From assembly GCA_963675665.1 (NCBI GenBank), contig OY776510.1:672001-736000 (forward strand): 64,000 nt of DNA. Direction: 5' to 3'. The position numbers and the translations under genes are program-made. The notes beneath the pieces are model-generated. The model saw only the letters and a program-made list of their open reading frames with translations. It had not been told where the DNA came from and searched no databases. Position 1 is the stretch's first letter, and each line of letters begins with the position of its first letter. This document shows positions 10,193-19,910 of this stretch, one piece after another. The stretch is from Spirochaetia bacterium (GTDB taxonomy: Bacteria > Spirochaetota > Spirochaetia > UBA9216).

Positions 10193-10658
10193 ATTCCTTC
10201 AGTATTTTATTCATTTTGGCCGGAGTAAGCTTTCCGTAGATGTTATCATCTATCATTACAACCGGCGCCAGAGAGCAGCAGCCGAGGCAGGCCACGGATT
10301 CAAGGGTGAACTTGCGGTCTTCGGTTGTTTCACCTTCCTTTACGCTGAGGTTCTCGGATATGATCGAAAAAACTTTTTCTGCTCCTGCAACATGGCAGGC
10401 TGTCCCCTTACACACCCTGATAAGATGCTTTCCAATCGGTTCAAATCGAAACTGCGAATAAAAGGTCGCAACTCCGTACAATCTTGACGCGGGCAGTTTG
10501 ATTTCCTCTGCTACTGCCTCCACTATTTCCTGGGAGAGATAACCATGGCGCTTCTGGATTTCCTGAAGCAGGGGGATCACCTTTTCCGGCTCCGATCCGA
10601 CAACCTCGACTATTTCCCGGGCTTCTTTTGCGGCGTTGCCGCATTCAGCACAAGACAT
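10176..10658 (-). CDS. NuoE/HydC-like 2Fe-2S subunit
   Basis: GVATFYSQF, VCKGTACHV, VACLGCCSLAPV. Confidence 0.93.
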   Translation of the reverse strand: MSCAECGNAAKEAREIVEVVGSEPEKVIPLLQEIQKRHGYLSQEIVEAVAEEIKLPASRLYGVATFYSQFRFEPIGKHLIRVCKGTACHVAGAEKVFSIISENLSVKEGETTEDRKFTLESVACLGCCSLAPVVMIDDNIYGKLTPAKMNKILKEYADGE

Positions 10659-10883
10659 ACGTCCTCCTTTCTAAAATCATGTATTCCGCGCAATGCACCT
10701 CCGGCATAAGCGCTTAACCAGGTAATACAGCGTTGCTGTATCAGGGACTCTCTGAAATACTGTTTGGCGGATAGTATAACAAATGAATAAAGTTTGTTCT
10801 ATAATCCCGATAAAAATGGGCAGCAACAATTTACAGTGATCCCGCTATTTCAATTCCTGATTCTTTGCTTTATAATGTTACTA

Positions 10884-11906
10884 ATGAAAGAATCAATAGC
10901 AATATTATGGGATATTGAAAACGTTACCCCAAGGTCGGACTCTTTATTTGTCAACGGCCTGATAGAATACGCAAACGAAATCGGCAAGGTTTCGGTCGCA
11001 ACTGCCTACGGAGACTGGGCCCGCGGGTCAATCCGCAAAACCTCCGAGGCGCTCGCCGAAAATTCATTCGAAATGGTGCATGTTCCGTATAACAAGAAAC
11101 AGAAAAACTCCGCCGATATGGCCCTCAGTACACATGCCGTCGAACTTATTTATCAGTACCCTCATATAAGAAAAATAATACTGGTTACCGGCGATGCAGA
11201 TTTCAGGCCCCTTCTGCAAAGCCTGCGAAAACACGGCATAGAAACCATAATCATTTGCGACTCTCAAAGCGCAAGCGAAGATTTGCTGCTGCTTGCAGAC
11301 GACTACAAGGATTTTCGGGATATTATACCCGATCCGGAAGACGATGCCTCTTATACGCATGACAGCAGCAGAAAGCATACTATCAGCCTGCCGGAGGCAA
11401 TGGACCTTCTGAAAGAAGCAATTGCCGTAATGAACCGACGAAAAAAGCTGACGACCCTCGGCGCGGTGAAAGTCAGGATGAAGCTTCTTAACGATACCTT
11501 TAATGAAAACGATCTGGGATTCAGAAGCTGGAAGAAATTCATTATGCACGCCGAACGCGAGGGCGTTATAGAACTTGAACATACCGAAAACGACCAGATA
11601 ATAAAACTGCCCGGGCTGGACCAGAAGGATCCGGAAAAGAATCTTGTTCGCCTGCCGAACATCATGTACAGCATGCTTAAAGCCACGCGCGAATGCGCTG
11701 TAAAAACCGGGAAAATCCAGGTCCCGTTCTCTACCGTCAACAATCTTATGCTGGAACAGAATTACGATATCAAGCATTCGGAATATTCGCAGATGAAACG
11801 CCTGGTAAAGGACGCGGAAAAACGCGGACTGGTTCGCAGTTCAAACAAGGGCAAATACTGGTTTGTCGAGATGACCGACGAGGGAAATGAATATTTTGTA
11901 AAATAA
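10884..11906 (+). CDS. NYN (LabA/DUF88, PIN-like) domain protein with C-terminal OST-HTH/LOTUS-like regions
   Basis: WDIEN, AYGDW, KNSADMAL, VTGDADFRPL; C-terminal F(N)E..LGFRSWKKF LOTUS-like motif; start moved to ATG 10884. Confidence 0.85.
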   Translation: MKESIAILWDIENVTPRSDSLFVNGLIEYANEIGKVSVATAYGDWARGSIRKTSEALAENSFEMVHVPYNKKQKNSADMALSTHAVELIYQYPHIRKIILVTGDADFRPLLQSLRKHGIETIIICDSQSASEDLLLLADDYKDFRDIIPDPEDDASYTHDSSRKHTISLPEAMDLLKEAIAVMNRRKKLTTLGAVKVRMKLLNDTFNENDLGFRSWKKFIMHAEREGVIELEHTENDQIIKLPGLDQKDPEKNLVRLPNIMYSMLKATRECAVKTGKIQVPFSTVNNLMLEQNYDIKHSEYSQMKRLVKDAEKRGLVRSSNKGKYWFVEMTDEGNEYFVK

Positions 11907-11947
11907 TCAACCGGAAAGTTTTCCTGTCTCCAAAGATTTTACAGCTG

Positions 11948-12994
11948 TCAGTATATTATTTTCTGCTCCTCAACAGCCCGTTTAATCTGGTCGTACTGGG
12001 CTTCAAGGTCCTGTACTTCTTTCTGCCAGAAGGCTTTGCCGCCCCAGTCGGGAAAGCTGTGCTGAAACCGGAAATCATTCTTCTGCCTGCCACACCAGCA
12101 CAGGAAATATACCATGCGCATAGCCCTAAGAGGCTCGATAAGCATCAGGGACCGGGTATTGAATGATCTGAATTCGCGGTAACCTTCAATTATAGCCGAC
12201 AGTTCCTTTCCGGATTCGGGGGCATGATCAGGCAGCAGCAGCCAGATATCCTGGACCGGAAGCGACATGGCCATGTCGTCAAAGTCCATCAGCATTAATC
12301 CCTCTCCGGGGCGTTCGAGGATGTTTCCGCTGTGAAAATCGCCGTGTACCCTTATCAGGCAGTCGGAAAAACTGTTTTCGTAACAATTCCCAAACTCTTC
12401 GAACATTGTTTCAACTGTTGACCGCAGCCTGTTTAAAACCGAATCCATTTCATCTTTCACATCAGGATGGATCCAGTCTGAGGCGGCAAGCTCTTCAATA
12501 TCATTGTCAAAACTGTTTTTTGAGGATATCACGGGTCTGTGTTTTGCCTGTCTTCGCGCACCCGTATTGTGAAGTCTGCCGAGCAGCCGTCCGATTCTCA
12601 GCCATGAATCAAAATCTTCAGCTTCCCACAGCCTGCCGCCTTTTCGTTCGAACACTGCAAAGGGAAAACCCTCTATGCTGCCGAGGGTAGGCGCTTCGGC
12701 GGGCTCTTCAACCAGGCCGGTCATCGGAAGGGGTGCGGCCAGCGGTATATCGTCTTCGGCGCAGTCAAGCATAAAGCGGTGCTCTTCAAGCAGGGCTGCA
12801 CGGCTCCATCGACCGGGGCGATAGAATTTTACAATATAATATTTATCATCATCCGATTTCAATTCATAAACCCTGTTGATATAGCTAGGCATGGGCTGGG
12901 TATAATTTGTAAGCTCAATATCAAGGGCTGCCTCAACAGCTTCCATTACCAAATCAGGGGTTAAATTATCAAAATCGGCAAGCTTCGTTTCCAT
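11948..12994 (-). CDS. srkA: Stress-response Ser/Thr kinase SrkA (RdoA/YihE)
   Basis: SYINRVY, KFYRPGRWS, EEH, RVHGDFHSGNIL, DFDD, VQDIW, IEPLRAMR. Confidence 0.9.
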   Translation of the reverse strand: METKLADFDNLTPDLVMEAVEAALDIELTNYTQPMPSYINRVYELKSDDDKYYIVKFYRPGRWSRAALLEEHRFMLDCAEDDIPLAAPLPMTGLVEEPAEAPTLGSIEGFPFAVFERKGGRLWEAEDFDSWLRIGRLLGRLHNTGARRQAKHRPVISSKNSFDNDIEELAASDWIHPDVKDEMDSVLNRLRSTVETMFEEFGNCYENSFSDCLIRVHGDFHSGNILERPGEGLMLMDFDDMAMSLPVQDIWLLLPDHAPESGKELSAIIEGYREFRSFNTRSLMLIEPLRAMRMVYFLCWCGRQKNDFRFQHSFPDWGGKAFWQKEVQDLEAQYDQIKRAVEEQKIIY

Positions 12995-13045
12995 CAGCTC
13001 ATAATAAAATTTAGCATACTAACAATCAAGCATTAATATGATAGG

Positions 13046-13882
13046 ATGATTTCAAGAGTACATGTAATGAAGTCGTTTATCCGCATATTAATACTGTCTA
13101 TGCTGTTTGCTCTTTTACTCTCCGCTTGCAGCTCTTTCGGTGTAAAACCGCAACCGGATGTTCCCAGGATTTTATTTTGCGGAAACAGCATAACCCGGGG
13201 AGAACTGGGCTGCAGCTACGTCAAATTGCTTGAAAAGCAGTTTCCGGATTACGAAATGACAAATCTGGGCCTGGACGGAGATACCGTGTCCGGAATAATG
13301 AACCGTACGCTTTCCCTGCTTGAAAAGGACGATGATTATGATCTGATTGTCATTTCAGCCGGGCATAACGATATTCTTCTGCCGGCTTTCCGTAAGCAGT
13401 CAGCCGCTTACAGATCAATCGTCATGTTAAAAAAGCTGCAGGGCAGTATCCCGGCAGACAGCTATACCGGGTTCATTTCAACATATGAAAAATTTATTGA
13501 TTCCGTCAGGGACATTTCCGCGGCACCCGTTGTACTGGTCACGCTCAGCTGTATAAATGAAGACCTGCAGACCCCGACTAACCTTGAAAGACAGGTTTAC
13601 AACCGGGGGATAATCAAACTTGCGGCAGATAAAAACACATATCTTGCTGACGCCGGCAGGATCTTCGATGATCAACTTGAAAATTATGATTGCCGTGATT
13701 ATCTGATGAGTGATCTTCTGGAATCCGCGTTTTCAGACAGGCGCAGAAGCAGAACTGCCGCCGGCTGCGATAAACTCAGTACAGGACGCGGGCTTCACCT
13801 GACGATTGACGGCGTGCACCTTAATTCAGCCGGCGCGGAGATTTACTTAAAGATTTTGACGCCGTTTCTGGAAAAATTATAA
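13046..13882 (+). CDS. SGNH/GDSL-family hydrolase, probable lipoprotein
   Basis: LSAC lipobox; GNSIT, NLGLDGDT, GHND, DGVHLN blocks. Confidence 0.85.
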   Translation: MISRVHVMKSFIRILILSMLFALLLSACSSFGVKPQPDVPRILFCGNSITRGELGCSYVKLLEKQFPDYEMTNLGLDGDTVSGIMNRTLSLLEKDDDYDLIVISAGHNDILLPAFRKQSAAYRSIVMLKKLQGSIPADSYTGFISTYEKFIDSVRDISAAPVVLVTLSCINEDLQTPTNLERQVYNRGIIKLAADKNTYLADAGRIFDDQLENYDCRDYLMSDLLESAFSDRRRSRTAAGCDKLSTGRGLHLTIDGVHLNSAGAEIYLKILTPFLEKL

Positions 13883-13895
13883 AATAAAAACGGTT

Positions 13896-14969
13896 TTACT
13901 CTTCCAGAATGTGTATGGAATTCGGGTCCATTGAAAACGAAAGGTCTTCTCCGACCCCGATAATGACTTTGCGCATCGGGTTGTTTTCTGAAATTTCAAA
14001 AATCTTGCCGAATAATTCAACTTCATATTCATGGTGAGATCCCATGAAAACGCTCTTTGTTACAGGCGCCCTGAAATCCTTTCCGCCTATATTGAAAGAC
14101 TCGGGTCGAATCATAAACTGCACTTTTTCTCCGACCGAATGACCGGTGGTTTTTTCGGTCTCGTAAAGCACTCCGTGAACGTCCAGTGTTACTGTCTCGC
14201 CTTTTTCGGCAACAATCTTTCCTTCAAGAATATTCGCCCTTCCGATAAACTGTGCGACAAATTCATTTATGGGTTTCTGGTAGATCTCGCGCGGAGATCC
14301 GACCTGCTGAATTGTTCCGTCTTTCATAATTACAATTTTATCGGACAAACCCATAGCTTCTTCCTGATCATGGGTGACATATATTGAAGAAATTCCAACC
14401 TGTTTCTGAATCTTTCTTATCTCATCCCTCATATGCAGCCTTAATTTTGCATCAAGGTTTGAAAGCGGCTCATCAAATAAAAGAACCCCTGATTCCATTA
14501 TCAATGCCCTTGCAAGAGAAACCCGCTGTTGCTGTCCTCCCGACATTTCCGACGGCACCCTGTCGGCAAAGTCTTCCATTTTCATCAGTTTAAGTATTTT
14601 ACGGACTCTCTCGGCTATCTCCTTTTTAGGCAGCTTCTGCAGCTTGAGTCCGTAGGCAATATTGTCATAGACATTCATATGAGGAAACAATGCATAATTC
14701 TGAAAAACCATTGCCGTATCGCGTTTATCGGGAGTAAAAGACGCGACATTCCTGTCGCCGATATAAATTTCTCCCGATGTCGGGATCTCAAACCCGGCAA
14801 GCATTCTGAGGGTTGTAGTCTTGCCGCAGCCTGAAGGCCCGAGCAGGCAGACAAACTCTCCCGGATTTATTGTTAAATCTATATTGTTTACAGCCTTCAC
14901 CTGTTCGTTTTTATTAGTCACAAAGGTTTTAGTCAGATTTTTCAGTTCGACTTTTATTTTCTCATTCAT
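13896..14969 (-). CDS. ABC transporter ATP-binding protein (AfuC/FbpC/PotA family)
   Basis: [35 protein letters not shown]; TOBE-like C-terminus. Confidence 0.93.
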   Translation of the reverse strand: MNEKIKVELKNLTKTFVTNKNEQVKAVNNIDLTINPGEFVCLLGPSGCGKTTTLRMLAGFEIPTSGEIYIGDRNVASFTPDKRDTAMVFQNYALFPHMNVYDNIAYGLKLQKLPKKEIAERVRKILKLMKMEDFADRVPSEMSGGQQQRVSLARALIMESGVLLFDEPLSNLDAKLRLHMRDEIRKIQKQVGISSIYVTHDQEEAMGLSDKIVIMKDGTIQQVGSPREIYQKPINEFVAQFIGRANILEGKIVAEKGETVTLDVHGVLYETEKTTGHSVGEKVQFMIRPESFNIGGKDFRAPVTKSVFMGSHHEYEVELFGKIFEISENNPMRKVIIGVGEDLSFSMDPNSIHILEE

Positions 14970-14988
14970 CAGGTGTTGTCTCCTCGTT

Positions 14989-16689
14989 TTATTCGGTGCT
15001 GATATTTTTTATTGCAAGTTTTATAATGATCATCGCCGCGCTTACTATCAGGATCAGGATTGTACAGAAAGCTGAAGCTACGCCCATCCGGCCGACGTCT
15101 ATCTGCGCCATTATGGATGTCGTTAAAAGCTTGTAACGGGCTGAAATCAGAAAGATTACCGTGCTGACCAGGGTCATGCTTCGGGCAAATGTAAAAATCA
15201 ACCCGTTTAAAAAGGCATTCTTAATCATGGGAATTGTGATGCTTGTAAAAACCTTCCTGCTCGAAGCGCCGAGCACATTTGCAGCTTCCTCAATTGTGGG
15301 ATCTATCTGCTGAAGAGACGTGATTCCGGAGCGGACCCCGACCGGCAGGCTTCGTATGATAAACGCCATAATGATTATAAAAGCCGTTCCCGTTATAGGA
15401 GGGATGATTGTCAGCCCGAAGATCCCGTAGGTCTTGTTATAACTGATTACGTATCCGAGACCGATAATTGTTCCCGGAATGGCCAGCGCCATAATAGTTA
15501 AAAATTCTATAAACGACTTGCCGAAGAATTTTTTCCTTACAATAAGGAACGCAATTATCATGGCGAGAGTTCCGGATACCGGCGTTGCGATAGCGGCAAG
15601 AGTTGTTGTCGTTATAACCGGCTGAAACAGCTTGGGCTTAAAAATATACCTGTAATGATCCAGCGTCGGCGTATAATTGACGCCCCAGAGCTTTACAAAC
15701 GATCCTATGGGGATCAGAATGTACATCATAATAACAAAGACGGTAAAAACCAAAAGAATAATTGTTGCAGTAACTACAATTCCCCTGGAACTTATAAGGT
15801 CCCTGTGTCTTGAAACCTTTCCGGTAACAGTTACGTAAGATTTCTTGCTGACATAGTATTTCTGAAACACAAATATCGAAATTGAAACAGTCAACAGAAT
15901 CATCGCAAGGGCCGTTGCGGTTCCGAACTGGTAATTTCCTATTCCCTCCTGGTAAATCTTCACAGCCACAGTAGTAAAATTACCGCCGATAACAACCGGA
16001 TTGGCAAAATCAGCTATAGACTGAATAAAGACAAGAAGAAAAGCATTCGCCAGCCCCGGGACCATCAGGGGAAGAGTTACCGAGGTAAAAACCTTAAACC
16101 TTGTAGCCCCCAAATCTCTTGACGCCTCTTCAACCGACGGATCGATTCTCTGAAGCAATGACACAAGCATCATATATGCTATCGGAAAAAAACTGAGCGA
16201 CTGGACAAGAACAAGACCGTGAAAACCGTAGATTTCGGCATCTTTCATGCCCAGCAAGCCTCTTGTAATTAACCCTACCCGGCCGAAAAGAAGAATGGCG
16301 GAAAGTGCAACAACAAACGGCGGTGAAATAATCGGAAGAATGGCAATAAAATCAAAGATTTTCTTGAAACGAATCTTCATATAGGTTGTTACATAGGCAA
16401 AAATAAACCCTACAAAAACCGAAATCGACGCTGTAACAACCCCGAGAAAAATCGTATTGATTAAAATTTTTGTATTTCCATGCATCAGAAATACATCTTT
16501 ATAATTACCCAGAGAAACTCCGTTGTCGGTCGTAAGGCTTTCAACAAGGATATTATAAAGCGGTATCAGGATAAAAAAGACTACCAGCAAAAGGGTAAAA
16601 ATAATCACGGCAAGAAGGGTCGGATCATTTTTTAAATTAGTCAGGGTCCTAAGATTACTTTGAAATTTCAATTTCCCGGTATTTGTCAT
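14989..16689 (-). CDS. ABC transporter permease with two BPD_transp_1 repeats (AfuB/FbpB family)
   Basis: About 12 hydrophobic segments; two EAA motifs (EEASRDLGA, EEAANVLGA); LPIISPPF. Confidence 0.9.
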   Translation of the reverse strand: MTNTGKLKFQSNLRTLTNLKNDPTLLAVIIFTLLLVVFFILIPLYNILVESLTTDNGVSLGNYKDVFLMHGNTKILINTIFLGVVTASISVFVGFIFAYVTTYMKIRFKKIFDFIAILPIISPPFVVALSAILLFGRVGLITRGLLGMKDAEIYGFHGLVLVQSLSFFPIAYMMLVSLLQRIDPSVEEASRDLGATRFKVFTSVTLPLMVPGLANAFLLVFIQSIADFANPVVIGGNFTTVAVKIYQEGIGNYQFGTATALAMILLTVSISIFVFQKYYVSKKSYVTVTGKVSRHRDLISSRGIVVTATIILLVFTVFVIMMYILIPIGSFVKLWGVNYTPTLDHYRYIFKPKLFQPVITTTTLAAIATPVSGTLAMIIAFLIVRKKFFGKSFIEFLTIMALAIPGTIIGLGYVISYNKTYGIFGLTIIPPITGTAFIIIMAFIIRSLPVGVRSGITSLQQIDPTIEEAANVLGASSRKVFTSITIPMIKNAFLNGLIFTFARSMTLVSTVIFLISARYKLLTTSIMAQIDVGRMGVASAFCTILILIVSAAMIIIKLAIKNISTE

Positions 16690-16756
16690 CTAACCTCCAG
16701 ATATTCACCAGTCGGATTAACAAGGGGATATTCCCGAAAGAACATCCCCCTTGATA

Positions 16757-17803
16757 TTATTCAGTTGGAGCAGTTGTGCTTGTTTCTACGCTGAAACGTT
16801 CAACCAGTCTTTTCTTGTTTTCACCGGCCCACTGAAAATTGTAATCTATCAGTTTTGTATCCTTAATCGGCATGGCTTCCTCAGGCGGCATTGCATCCTT
16901 GTTTGTAAGAAACTGGAAAGATCCTACCGTTTTGCCCATTTCCTGAACATCTTTGGTTAAAACCCAGTCGATAAACATTTTTGCATTTTCCTGATCCGGT
17001 CCGTTCTTGAGGAGCGCTACTCCGCCAATCTCATAACCTGTACCTTCAACCGGCGCAGAAATAATTATGTCTTTATAACCTTCTTTTTTATACTTGATTG
17101 CATCATGAAGAAATGTGATTCCTATAGTTGCTTCGCCCAAACCGGCCATTCTTCCCGGGGCAGTACCTGATTTGGTATACTGTCTGACCTGGGGACTGAA
17201 TTTCTTGAAGTATTCCATTGCTTCATCTTCACCCACCATCTGAACCATGGTAGCAAGCATTGTATATGCCGTTCCTGATGATCCAGGATGTGCAACAACT
17301 ATTTCCTGGTTATATTCCGGTTTCAGGAAGTCCGACCATGATGTCGGCATTTTAAGACCTTTCTCTTTCAGTATTGCCTGATTTCCGACAAAACCGAGGT
17401 ATCCGATATAAATTCCGGTCCATATCCCGTTGGGGTCCTTAAACCCTTCCCTGATATTAACAGCTTCCGGTGAAATATACGGCTCAATGATTCCTTCTTC
17501 ATTTGCAGCAACAATTCCGTCAACCGGACCGCCGTACCATACAGACGCCGTCATATTGTCTTTTTCCGCTTTCAGACGTGCAAGAATTTCCCCGCTGCTC
17601 ATCCTGACAAACTCTGTTTTAATTCCGGTAAGAGCTTCAAATTCCTCGGCTATCATGGCTGCATGATCTTCCTGGAGTCCCGCGTAAAAAACCAGAGAAC
17701 CTTTGTCTTGCGCAGCCGAATCCTGAGATCCGCTGGCAAAAACAACTCCGGATGCAAGCACGGCCAGAAGAACAGAGAGAATGACAATTCTTTTTCCAAA
17801 CAT
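16757..17803 (-). CDS. ABC substrate-binding protein, AfuA-like (probable sugar-phosphate binding)
   Basis: Signal peptide ..VFASGS; WYGGP, PGSSGTAYT, YTKSG, FLHD, GTGYEIGG. Confidence 0.8.
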   Translation of the reverse strand: MFGKRIVILSVLLAVLASGVVFASGSQDSAAQDKGSLVFYAGLQEDHAAMIAEEFEALTGIKTEFVRMSSGEILARLKAEKDNMTASVWYGGPVDGIVAANEEGIIEPYISPEAVNIREGFKDPNGIWTGIYIGYLGFVGNQAILKEKGLKMPTSWSDFLKPEYNQEIVVAHPGSSGTAYTMLATMVQMVGEDEAMEYFKKFSPQVRQYTKSGTAPGRMAGLGEATIGITFLHDAIKYKKEGYKDIIISAPVEGTGYEIGGVALLKNGPDQENAKMFIDWVLTKDVQEMGKTVGSFQFLTNKDAMPPEEAMPIKDTKLIDYNFQWAGENKKRLVERFSVETSTTAPTE

Positions 17804-17876
17804 TTCAATTCCTCCTATTAATTATGAATAATACTATAAAACAGCTTTTTGCTGTTGAATACAGCGGGAACCCAAT

Positions 17877-17915
17877 TGTTACCAGACTGTTACAGCATTG
17901 TAACCATATTGTTAC
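17877..17915. promoter_or_regulatory. Four TGT(T/A)AC direct repeats at 11-bp period (OmpR/PhoB-type binding array)
   Basis: TGTTAC 17877, TGTTAC 17888, TGTAAC 17899, TGTTAC 17910, between the divergent SBP and histidine kinase genes. Confidence 0.75.
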
Positions 17916-17991
17916 TTGCGGAATTATGCTTTTCATGCAATTTTCTATAAATCAATTATTATTTATAGACAGCACAGGTATTAATAGTAAA

Positions 17992-19230
17992 ATGAAAAGC
18001 GATATGGCCAGCAGCAGCGGCAATAAAGCAAATATTGAATTCACCGTTAAAAAAATTAAACTCCTGCGATCCGGAGTTTTTACAGCAATTATTATCCTTT
18101 TTATGATTATCAACTCCGCAGAAAACCTGATTGTACTCCTGTCCATGACGGCAGGTTATTCAATAGTGGCAATTTTTCACGGCTACTGCGTTCTGAGCAG
18201 AAAGCAGCATCTTCTTAATTCCGCTGTATTGATTTTACCAGAGCTGATTATTTCCAACGCATTCCTTCTTTTTATAAACCCGGGTCTGCTGCTGCCTTTT
18301 ACATGTCTGCAGACTGTTGAACTTGCCGTTGAAAACCGCGGCCTTAAATATATCTATGCCCTGGCGGGAACCGCAGCAGCGGGAATGGCCGCCGGGTTTA
18401 TTATAAGAAACGAACAGAAATTCATCATTTATACCATTCCTGCAATATTAATTGTCATCCTGATATTCAAACTCATTCATCTGCAGGATTTCAGAAATAA
18501 AAATAAATATGAGTATATGAAAAAACTTGTTGATAACAAAAACAAGCTGTTATCCACACTTACCCATGAACTGAGAACGCCGCTGGCTGTAATAAAAACC
18601 TCAAACGAGCTGATCATGGAAGAACGGCCCGGCCCGATAAACGAAACACAAAGAACCCTGATTTTTTCATCACTCGAGAATACAAAACGGCTGAATTCCC
18701 TGGTTGAGAATATTCTTTCACAGGTGAAAGTTGAATTTGCGTGGTTTTCCATGAAACAGCAGCCGCTGGACATACGCAACCTTATTCGCAAAACAGCTGT
18801 CGATATAAACCCATATCTTGAAACCAAAAAGCAGCAGCTTAAATATAATTATCCGTCGCTTATGTCAAAAACCATAGGTGATAAACGATGGCTTGAACAG
18901 GTTTTGCTGAACCTTATCCACAACGGAAGCAAAAACAGCCCCGACAATTCGGAAATTACGATTTCGGTACAGGAAAATGAACAGTGCATAGTAATATCAG
19001 TCCACGACAGGGGCTCCGGAATAAAAAGCCGTGAAATCCCGAATGTATTCAACGAGTTTTACCAGTCGACTGATCCGGCGAAAAACCTTAACGAAGGCGC
19101 CGGCCTGGGGCTGACCATTGTAAGGGATATTATTGAGAAACATAAAGGCGAAGTATATATCAGTTCGCTTCCCCAAACAGGAACAACAGTTTCATTCACA
19201 TTGCCTATATACAAAGGAGTCTTTTTATGA
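17992..19230 (+). CDS. Membrane sensor histidine kinase
   Basis: Multi-TM N-terminus; HELRTPL H-box, NLIHNG, DRGSGI, GAGLGL; start uncertain (ORF track 17824 overlaps the regulatory repeats). Confidence 0.9.
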   Translation: MKSDMASSSGNKANIEFTVKKIKLLRSGVFTAIIILFMIINSAENLIVLLSMTAGYSIVAIFHGYCVLSRKQHLLNSAVLILPELIISNAFLLFINPGLLLPFTCLQTVELAVENRGLKYIYALAGTAAAGMAAGFIIRNEQKFIIYTIPAILIVILIFKLIHLQDFRNKNKYEYMKKLVDNKNKLLSTLTHELRTPLAVIKTSNELIMEERPGPINETQRTLIFSSLENTKRLNSLVENILSQVKVEFAWFSMKQQPLDIRNLIRKTAVDINPYLETKKQQLKYNYPSLMSKTIGDKRWLEQVLLNLIHNGSKNSPDNSEITISVQENEQCIVISVHDRGSGIKSREIPNVFNEFYQSTDPAKNLNEGAGLGLTIVRDIIEKHKGEVYISSLPQTGTTVSFTLPIYKGVFL

Positions 19231-19910
19231 AACAGACGGTTCTGATAATTGAAGATGATCCCCACCTTGTAACCATCCTTGATTTTCTAATGCGCGATGA
19301 AGGCTATAACGTCGTTACTTCACCGTCGGGAGAGGAGGGTCTTGCAATAATTAAAAGAGAAAAAATCGATTTGGTTATTCTTGATATTAACCTGCCCGGA
19401 ATGAACGGGCTTGACGTATGCAACAGAATAAAGATTTCAGAACAAATCCCGGTAATTTTTCTCAGCTGCAGAGACCAGGACAGCGACGTTATTTCCGGAC
19501 TGGAAAACGGCGCCGAGGATTATATGCGTAAACCCTTTAACCACAGGGAACTTGCGTTAAGAGTTAAAAAACTGCTTGAAAGATCATCCGATCAGAACAT
19601 GAAAACAGCAATAGAAACCGGTCAATTATTTATAAAAACCGATCGGGAAGAGGTTTACTTCAATTCGCAGGAGATCAAACTGACTCCCGTTGAGTATAAA
19701 CTTCTTGAAGTGCTGTTCAGAAGACTTGACTGGGTGCAGTCCTGGCAGGTCCTTCTGAAAGACGCCTGGGGCTATGAAGACTGGGAAGGGGGCAGGGAAA
19801 TGGTCAAGGTCAACATCAGGCGATTGCGAAAAAAAATTGAGCCGGATCCTTCTCAACCGGTTTATCTTCTGACCGAAAGAGGCAGGGGCTATAAACTGGC
19901 CAGACTATAG
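19227..19910 (+). CDS. OmpR/PhoB-family response regulator
   Basis: IEDD, LDINLP, KPF receiver; winged helix VNIRRLRKKIE..TERGRGY; 4-bp overlap with the kinase. Confidence 0.95.
   Translation: MKQTVLIIEDDPHLVTILDFLMRDEGYNVVTSPSGEEGLAIIKREKIDLVILDINLPGMNGLDVCNRIKISEQIPVIFLSCRDQDSDVISGLENGAEDYMRKPFNHRELALRVKKLLERSSDQNMKTAIETGQLFIKTDREEVYFNSQEIKLTPVEYKLLEVLFRRLDWVQSWQVLLKDAWGYEDWEGGREMVKVNIRRLRKKIEPDPSQPVYLLTERGRGYKLARL

Noticed and set aside
10681-10760. Glycine or THF riboswitch
   Set aside because: Only fragments resemble them (GAGAG, GCCGGAGG); the CTCTCAGG and other core elements are missing. Kept only as an unassigned structured leader.
13896-17803. Ferric iron (Fbp) transporter call
   Set aside because: The family is often annotated so, but the SBP motifs fit AfuA-type sugar-phosphate binders better; no fbp symbol assigned.
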